A stretch of DNA of 64,000 nucleotides from an uncultured Chloroflexia bacterium (GTDB taxonomy: Bacteria > Chloroflexota > Limnocylindria > Limnocylindrales > CSP1-4). Made by a program: the position numbers and the translations under genes. The notes below the pieces were generated by a model. It ran no database searches and was not told the DNA's origin. It worked only from the letters and a program-made list of their open reading frames with translations. Where the stretch lies: the NCBI GenBank assembly GCA_963774695.1, contig CAVZFY010000010.1:199899-263898 (forward strand), written 5' to 3'. Position 1 is the stretch's first letter, and each line of letters begins with the position of its first letter. This document shows, in pieces, positions 56,556-64,000 of this stretch.

Positions 56556-56594
56556 CCGCGCCCCCGGCCCGCGAAGTGCGGACCAGGGACGCGG
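56556..56594 (-). terminator. Stem-loop between the tasA-like gene and sipW (terminator or mRNA stabiliser)
   Basis: Minus strand CCGCGTCCCTGGTCCGC-acttc-GCGGGCCGGGGGCGCGG. Confidence 0.5.
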
Positions 56595-56606
56595 CTGGTG
56601 TCGTGG

Positions 56607-57191
56607 CTACGGGTTGTTGGCGGTCTGCTCGGCGGCGAAGTTGAACGTCGCCGTGGTCGTCGCGGCCTGGTACGGGTTGCCGGCGGCGATGTCGAACGCC
56701 CAGGCGAAGCACAGGTTGTCCGTGCCGCCGGACGCGACGTTGCGGTCGCCGGCCTGGGCGCCCTGGGCGACGTTGCCCAGCGAGGCGCCGTTGAGCGGGC
56801 CCGAGTAGATCGGGGCGCCCGGAGCGGCGCAGGTGCCTGGGCTGATCGTCAGGGTCAGCTGGCTGCGCAGGTTCTTGCCGTCGGTGTTGTCGGCCGTGCT
56901 GGTCATGGCGTAGCGCAGCGCGCCGGTGCCGGTGTTGTTGACCTGGACGGTCTTGTTGCCCGTGTCGCCGGGCAGGATGTCCGCGGCGGTGAAGGCCGTG
57001 GTCGACGTGACGCCGAGGATGATCGTCCCGGACGTCCAGGTGCCGTTGTAGGCGTCGCTGTCGGTGAAGATCGCGAGGGACATCGCGCCGGCGCCGAGCG
57101 TCGCGAACGACGCACCGAGCAGCACGGCGAACAGTGCCCGACGTCGCTTCGAGCGACGGGCAGCTGAACGGTCGGTGGCGGTCTGATCCAT
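56607..57191 (-). CDS. TasA/CalY (camelysin-like) family SipW-dependent secreted fibre subunit
   Basis: Basic N-region, hydrophobic core and SipW-class cleavage region 'SLAIFTDS...SGTIIL'; 'ILPGDT', 'VNNTGT.ALRY', 'NPYQ', 'FNFAAEQ'; adjacent to sipW. Confidence 0.82.
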   Translation of the reverse strand: MDQTATDRSAARRSKRRRALFAVLLGASFATLGAGAMSLAIFTDSDAYNGTWTSGTIILGVTSTTAFTAADILPGDTGNKTVQVNNTGTGALRYAMTSTADNTDGKNLRSQLTLTISPGTCAAPGAPIYSGPLNGASLGNVAQGAQAGDRNVASGGTDNLCFAWAFDIAAGNPYQAATTTATFNFAAEQTANNP

Positions 57192-57441
57192 GAGTCCGGG
57201 CACTCCTGATAAATGCGGTGCGGGCTCGTCGATCCGCCACCCCCCGATGACGTCGGTTGCGAATGGATCCGGCCATGGTTGGCCCGACTGACCCCGCGTA
57301 CTCGCATTCGACACCGGCACCCGCACCTGCGGCTACCTGACCGGGGACCCATTCGAGGGGGTACGTTCGTCATCCCGGCGGTGCGATGGGGCGCCGTCCC
57401 GGTTCGCCCGAGGGTCGGGGGTCGGTGCCGGGGCGCGCCGG

Positions 57442-59659
57442 TCAGGCCCGCGCGGGGTCGCCTGCGAGCACCACCAGCGCGTCCACGGCCACCACCCCGC
57501 CAGGGCTCGCGATGACCGGGTTGAGGTCGATCTCGGCGATGGACGGGTCGGCGACGAGCAGGTCGCCGACGGCGGCGACGAGGGCGGCGAGGGCGTCGAC
57601 GTCGACGGCCGCGGCGCCACGGACGCCGCGCAGCAGGACCGCGCCGCGCAGCCCCTCGAGGCGCGCGACGACCTCGGCGGGCGTGACCGGCGCGAGCAGC
57701 ACCGCGACGTCGTCGAGCACCTCGGCGAGGATCCCGCCGAACCCGACGAGCACGGCCGGCCCGAACACGCCGTCGCGCCGGCCGCCGACGATCAGCTCCA
57801 CGCCGGGCGCCGCCATCGGCTCGACGAGCAGGCCGCGAACCGCGACGCCCGCCGCCGCGGCCGGCCTCGAGCAGCCGCTCGACCGCCGCCGCGATCGACG
57901 CCTCGTCCGCGAGGCCCAGCGCGACGCCGCCCGCGTCCGACTTGTGGGCGAGGCCCGGCGCGTCGAGCTTGAGCGCGACGGGGCCGCCGCCGAGCTCGCG
58001 CCACGCCCCGATCGCCGCGCCCGCCTCCGCCTCGACCGCTCGCCACGCGGTCACCGGGAGGCCGGCCGCCGCGAGCCGCTCGAGGCTCTCGCGCTCCGGC
58101 AGGGCCTCCGGGTCGCCGCGCGACGCGGCCGAGCGGCGAGCGGGTCGAGCACCGCGTCGAGGCCCCACGGCACCTGCCCGTCCACCAGCGCCGGCCAGGC
58201 AGGGCGCCTCGGCTCCCCGCGTCTCACGCGCGACGCGGGCGTGCTCCCAGGCGGCGAGGCGCGCGATCGACGCGAACGCCGCCACGGCGCCCTTGAGCAT
58301 CGGCATGCCGCCGTGCTCGTCGAGGAACGCCTTGACCTCGAGGCTCGCGTCGTTCGAGGTGAGCGACACGTACACGGGCAGGATCTCCGGGCGGTCGGCC
58401 GTCGCCTCGATCAGCGCCCGGCTCACGGTCGTGGCCACCTCCACCTCGCTCGGCAGCTCCCGGTACGGGTTGTCGTGCACGATCGCGAGCACGTCGTAGG
58501 CGCCCGACGCGGCCATCGCCTCGAACGACGCCCGGTACGCGATCGCCTCGTCGTCCGCGCCCCACGGGATCGAGCGGGTTGCCGATGTAGCCCATCGTCG
58601 GCAGGTCGCGCAGGATGGCCTCGCGGGCGCCCGGCGTCACCGGCGGCAGGTCGATGCCCGTCCGGTCGGCGAGGTCGGCGACCAGCGACGCCTCGCCGGT
58701 CGACACCGTCACGACGCCCGTCCGCCCGCCACGCAGCCGCCGCCCGAGGCGCCCGATGCCCGCCACCAGCTCCGCCGCCTCGAGCAGCTCGTCGAGGTCG
58801 GCGCACCGGATGACGCCCGCCGCATCGAGCGCCGCCGACGTCACCCGGTCCTCGCCGGCGAGGCTGCCGCTGTGCGCGACGGCCGCCGCCTGCGCCTGCG
58901 CGCGACCGCCCGACCTTGACCGCCAGGATCGGCTTGCCCAGCTGCAGCGCGCGGTCGCAGAGGGCCAGGAACAGCTCGGGCCGCTTGAACCCCTCGACGA
59001 ACAGCATGACGGCGTGGGTCTCGGGGTCGTCGAGGCAGTAGGCGAGGTAGTCGCACAGGTCGAGGACCACCTCGGCGCCGACGGACACGATCCGGCTGTA
59101 CCCGATCCGCGACCCCGGCGCGTGGAGGAACGCGTCGGTGACGCTGCCCGACTGCGCCAGGCCGGCGACGTGGCCGCGCGGCAGCCATGGGTTGACGTCG
59201 CCGATGTAGGTCGAGCTGTTGGTCGTCCAGTCGACGGCGCCCATGCAGTTGGGCCCGAGCAGCGCGATGCCGTGCCGGACCGCGATCTCCGCGACCGCGC
59301 GCTGCATCGCGGCGGCCGCCTCGCCGCCCTCGACGACGCCGCCGCCCGGGATCACGAGGCTCGGGACGCCGGCGTCGGCGGCCTCCTGCGCGAAGCGCGC
59401 CGCGCGCAGCGGGTTGACGGCGAGGATCACCGAGTCCGGCCGCTCCGGGAGCGCGTCGAGCGTCGGGAAGCACGGCTGCCCGAACGCCTCGGCGTAGTTG
59501 GGGTTGACGAAGTGGCAGCGCGTCTCGCTGCCCATCCGCGCGAGGTTGTCGCGGACCGTGAGCGCGAGCGACGAGCGCGGGCTGGCGCCCGACGACCGCG
59601 ATCGACCGCGGCGCGAACAGCGGCCGCAGGTCGATGACGGGCGCGTCGGGCTCGGTCAA
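57442..59659 (-). CDS. Acyl-CoA synthetase (NDP-forming, acetate--CoA ligase family); frameshifted
   Basis: 'LFAPRSIAVVG', 'LLGPNCMG', 'QSGSV', 'FVEGFK', 'NPLD', 'HKSDAGGV', 'EIDLNPVI'. Confidence 0.9.
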
Positions 59660-59666
59660 CCCGGGC

Positions 59667-60842
59667 TCAGCCGACGACGGGGTGGACGCCGCGCTTCTCG
59701 AGCGCCCGGGCGACGATCAGCCGCTGGATCTCGGACGTGCCCTCCCACAGCCGGTCCACCCGCAGCTCGCGCAGGTAGCGCTCGGCCGGGAACTCGCGCA
59801 TGTAGCCGCGGCCGCCGAAGACCTGGACGACGCGGTCGGCGCAGCGCCACGCCGCCTCGGACGCGAACAGCTTGGCGATCGACGCCCGGGCGTGGACGAC
59901 CTTGGGGTCGGCGCCGCTCGTCCATGAGCCACGCCGTCTCGCGCGTGAGCAGGCGGGCCGCGGACGCGTCGGCGGCCGAGTCGGCGAGCGGGAAGCTCAC
60001 GCCCTGGAAGTCGTAGATCCGCTGGTCGAACTGGATCCGCCCCGTCGCCCACTCGACGGCGAGCTCCAGCAGCCGCTCCATCGCCCCGGAGCAGCGGGCG
60101 CCGATGTGGAGCCGCTCCTCGACGAACCACTCGTTGGTCATCGTGTCGGCCTCGCCCACCGCGCCCAGCACCGCGTCGGCCGGCACGCGGACGTCCGCAG
60201 CGTGAACTGCGGGTGGCGGTCGGCGAAGGTGTGGGTGTAGTCGGGGTCGCCGGTCTGCTCGACGCCGGGCGTGTCGTAGTCGACGAGGAACAGCGTCGGG
60301 CTGCCGCTCGTCGCCGTCGATCACGTGGCAGTGGAAGATCATGAAGTCCGTGTCCGACGGACCGGTCACGAACCACTTCTCCCCGTTGAGGACCCACTCC
60401 CCGGTGGCCGCGTCGCGGACCGCCGGTGGAGGCGAGCGTCCGCGCGTCGGAGCCCTGGCCGGGCTCGGTGATCGCGTAGCTCCCGTTCCGCTCGCCGCGC
60501 AGGCTCGGGTCGAGGTAGCGGCGGCGCTGCTCGGGCGTGCAGTGGACGAGCGCGTTGTACGCGCCCGGGATGAAGCTCCACAGGCCGCCCGTCGCCTGGC
60601 CCAGCTGCTCGTGGACGAGGACCTGCTCCATCGCCGACCAGCCCTGGCCGCCCGCGCGACACCGGGAGGCTGCCGCCGTGGAGGCGGGCCTCGATCGCGA
60701 GGCGCTTGAGCTCGCGGACGGTGTCGTCGGGGAGGTCGTGGTCGCGCTCGAACGCGGCCTCGAGCGGCTGGAGGGCGTCGACGACGTAGGCGCGGGCGCG
60801 ATCGCGCAGCTCGGCCTGGGCGGGCGTGAGCGTGAAGTCCAT
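59667..60842 (-). CDS. Acyl-CoA dehydrogenase; frameshifted
   Basis: 'MDFTLT', 'YAITEPGQGSDA', 'LNGEKWFVT', 'RIQFDQRI..FQGVSF.LAD', 'LWEGTSEIQR'. Confidence 0.92.
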
Positions 60843-60907
60843 GCCCGGCAGTGTGGCCCAGCGCCGCGCACGGCGACCGGCGGCGGTCGCGGCGCCCGGG
60901 ACAGCGA

Positions 60908-61697
60908 TCAGGCGCGGCCGCGGACGGCCCAGGCGCGGGCGATGAGGTCGATCGTGCCCTCGGGGCCGGTCGGCAGGGTCGCGCGCAGCCGTTCGCGGAG
61001 CGCCTCGCGACGTTCCGGCGGCAGCCGGCACGCGTACCCGGGCGCCGGGCCGATGTCGACGGTGAACGGCTGCCAGAAGTCGTCGAAGTCGGCGAACCGG
61101 GTCGGGACGTCGATCGCCATGATCAGCACGTCCGAGAGGCCGGCGTCCGCCCAGGCCACGGCGAGGCGATCGGGCGCCGCGAGCGGGAACCGGCGGCCCT
61201 CGTCGAGCTCGGCGGCGACCGGATCCAGCGCGATGGCCGCATCCCAGAACCGGCGGATCAGCTCCATCCGACCCGCGTAGTCCCACAGGTACGCCGCGAC
61301 CACGCCGCCCCGCCGCGTCACCCGCACGGCCTCCGCCAGCGCCGCAGGCACGTCGGGCACGAAGTTGAGGACGAGGCCGGACACGACGGCGTCGGCCGCC
61401 CCATCGTCGATCGGCAGCGCATCGGCCCGCCCGACCGCGAACGTCGCGACGGGGTCCGTGACCCGCTCGCGGGCGCGCCGCCACGAAGTCGGGCGAGGGG
61501 TCGACGCCGACGACCCGCGACGGCCGCGTGCGGGCGACGATCCGGCCCGAGAGCTCGCCCGTGCCGCAGCCGACGTCGACCCAGGCCGCGCCTTCGGGGA
61601 CGTTCAGCCAGGCGACGAAGGCGTCCGCGACGCGGCGGCTCCAGCGGCCGATGTAGCGCTCGTACGCCTCGGCGTCCTGCCAGCGGTCGGGCGCCAC
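60908..61697 (-). CDS. Class I SAM-dependent methyltransferase; frameshifted
   Basis: 'YERYIGRWS', 'VDVGCGTG', 'SGLVLNFVPD', 'YLWDY'. Confidence 0.9.
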
Positions 61698-61707
61698 CGG
61701 CCGGTCC

Positions 61708-63157
61708 CTACTGGGGCCAGGCGAGCACCATGATCCGGACCTCGGTCATGTCGTCGATCGCCCAGCGCAGGCCCTCGCGCCCGAGGCCCGAGTCCTTGAC
61801 GCCGCCGTAGGGCATGTGGTCGATCCGGTACGTCGGGACGTCGTTGACGATGACGCCGCCGACCTCGAGCTCCGAGAAGCTGGACCAGGCCGCGCGCAGG
61901 TCGTTCGTGAACACGCCGGTCTGGAGGCCGAAGAAGCTCTCGTTGACCTGGCGGATGGCGTCGTCGAAGTCGCGGAACGGGAACGCGACCACGAGCGGCG
62001 CGAACGCCTCGTTCGAGCAGACCTTGGCGTGGACCGGGACGTCGGTGAGGATCGTCGGGGCGAAGTAGGTGCCGTCGGCCGTGCCGCCGAGCAGGACCTT
62101 GCCGCCGAGCGCCTTCGCCTCGTCGACCCAGTCCTGGGTCCGGCGAGCGGCCGCCTCGTCGACCATCGGGCCCGACGTCGGTCGTCGTGTCCGCCGGGTC
62201 GCCGACCTTGAGCGCCGCCGCGGCGGCGACGAACTTGTCCATGAACGCGTCCCAGACGTCCTCGTGCACGAACATCCGCTGGACGCTGATGCACACCTGG
62301 CCCGAGTACCCGAAGGCGCCGACCACCATGCGCTTCACGGCCCAGTCGAGGTCCGCGGTCTTGTCGACGATCACGCCGGCGTTGCCGCCGAGCTCGAGGA
62401 CGACCTTCTTCTTGCCCGCCCGGTCCTTCATCCGCCAGCCGACCGACGGCGAGCCGGTGAACGTGAGCAGCTTGAACCGCTCGTCCGAGACCATCCGGTC
62501 GCCCAGCTCGCGGCTCATCGGCAGCACGCTGACCATGCCCTCGGGCACGCCGGCGGCGTCGATGATCTCGGCGACCTTGAGCATGACCAGCGGGTCCTTG
62601 GACGGGGGCTTGAGCACGATCGGGTTGCCCGACGCGATGGCCGGCGCGACCTTGTGCGCGGCGAGGTTGAGCGGGAAGTTGAACGGGCTGATCGCCGCGA
62701 TCGGCCCGATCGGGAACCGCCGGGTGATGCCGACCCGGTCCTTGGACGCCGCCAGCAGGTCGAGCGGGATGACCTCGCCGGTCATGCGCTCCGCCTCCTC
62801 GGCGCCCAGGCGGAAGGTCAGCGTCGCGCGGTCCACCTCGACCAGCGCGTCGCGGATCGGCTTGCCGGCCTCGGCCGCGATCGTCGCGCCCAGCTCCTCG
62901 CGCCGAGCCCGGATGCCCGCCGAGATCTCGCGCAGGATCCGCCCGCGCTCGTAGGCCGGCAGCTTGCGGGTGACCTCGAACGCCCGGACGGCGGCCTCGA
63001 CGGCCTCCTCGTACTGGGCGGTCGTCGCGTGGAACGTGGACCCGGCGGGCTCGTCGGGCCGGGCGGGGTTCGCGACGACCAGCGGGTCGTCGGACTCGAC
63101 CCATCGTCCGGCGAGGTAGATCGGATGCGGCGTCGTGGCCGTGCGGGTCGCAGTCAT
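61708..63157 (-). CDS. Aldehyde dehydrogenase family protein; one frameshift
   Basis: 'ISPFNFPLNL', 'FTGS', 'LELGGNA', 'GQVCISVQR', 'EAFAP', 'PYGGVKDSGLGREG'. Confidence 0.94.
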
Positions 63158-63311
63158 CGGAGCACTCCTGGCGCCCTCGGGATCGGGGCAGTCGTCGATG
63201 CGCCGATGCTACCAGTGGCGCATCGCGGGCCCCGAGCATGGGGCATGCTTGTCCGCGCGGCCGACTCCGGGGGCAACGCCGGCCGCCGCATCGATCGAGG
63301 GGAAACCGTCC

Positions 63312-63938
63312 GTGCGTCCGTCCATCCTGCGCCTGACGCGGTTCGACGCGGCCGGCGCGGGCTTCGACACCGCCCTGCGCGACCGGCTGGCGCCCGTGAT
63401 CGGCGACGTGCCGGGGCTGCACGCCGTCATCGGCGGTCGGATGGGCCCGGGCCAGGACGGGCCGCGGCTCGTCGCGACGGTCTGGACGTCCCGCGAGGCG
63501 ATGGAGGCGGCGATCGGGGCCGGGATCCGATGATCCCGGCCTCGGACCCGGCGGTCCTGCCCGGGTCGTCGGGCGGCCCCACGGACGTGCTCCCGATCGC
63601 GCTCCAGCTCGACGCCGCGGTCGACGCCCGCATCGCCCTCATCCGGGTCGTGCGCGGGGTCACGCGACCGGGCGAGCTCGACGCGTACCTGGACGACGCC
63701 CGCTCGGGCGTCACGGCGGACCGGTCGAGCGGCGGCGGGCCGCTCGCGTTCTACCTCGCCACCGACCCCCCGGACCGCTTCGTGACCGCTGTCCCTGTGG
63801 GGCGGCTGGTCGCACGTCGAGGCCGCGACCGGCGCCGACGTCCGGCACGTCGAGCGGACCCGGCACGAGGAGCGCCTCGCGAGCTGGACGACCGAGCACT
63901 ACGAGGTGGTGCCGGGCCTCGCGGTCGTCCGCCCGTAG
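63312..63938 (+). CDS. Hypothetical protein with tandem dimeric alpha-beta barrel (ABM-like) domains; frameshifted
   Basis: 'RLVATVWTSREAM' and a second module 'RPGELDAYL...FVT.SLW..W..VEAATG'. Confidence 0.5.
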
Positions 63939-63959
63939 GGCTCGGCCGCCGCCCGTCGG

Positions 63960-64000
63960 TCAGCGGCGCTTGCCGCCCCCGAAGATCGTGCCGAAGACCC
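63960..64000 (-). CDS. 3' end of a gene continuing beyond the window (...VFGTIFGGGKRR*), possibly a DUF853/HerA-like helicase
   Basis: Only about 13 codons are visible; the C-terminal pattern resembles DUF853 proteins. Confidence 0.3.
   Translation of the reverse strand, partial: VFGTIFGGGKRR

Noticed and set aside
57335-57370. c-di-AMP (ydaO) riboswitch-like 'ACCGGGGACCCA...GGGG' segment
   Set aside because: It lies on the strand opposite the flanking genes and lacks the GCxGAATCC and GGGGTGAAT elements.

Overview
This is a very GC-rich bacterial chromosomal segment (about 73% GC, estimated by eye). Gene content and style suggest Chloroflexota (Limnocylindria/Ellin6529-like) or possibly an actinobacterium; this is inference. 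Most long genes carry scattered single-base frameshifts, the pattern of an unpolished long-read assembly rather than real pseudogenes. From left to right: a sugar ABC permease pair with a GH3 glycosidase; several hypotheticals and an ECF sigma/anti-sigma cassette; a leucine-degradation-type cluster (ECH, MCC beta and alpha, HMG-CoA lyase); MFS, a PDZ protease and an HxlR regulator; and a run of membrane protein, MoaD-MoaE fusion and a divergent, probably catalytically dead lysine 5,6-aminomutase alpha homolog. A ~31 kb surface-polysaccharide locus follows (23.1-54.1 kb). It holds two convergent C-methyltransferase/CDP-glucose-synthase units sharing a ~320 bp near-identical inverted repeat, a c-di-GMP-I riboswitch ahead of a Pro/Thr-rich FN3/beta-helix surface protein, an archaeal/eukaryotic-type (AglH/Alg7-like) phosphoglycosyltransferase and a Wzz-O-antigen-ligase fusion. 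A tasA-like/sipW pair with a structured leader and acyl-CoA/aldehyde metabolism genes end the window. The best candidate for a new system is a c-di-GMP-linked, possibly invertible glycan and biofilm-matrix (or protein glycosylation) locus.
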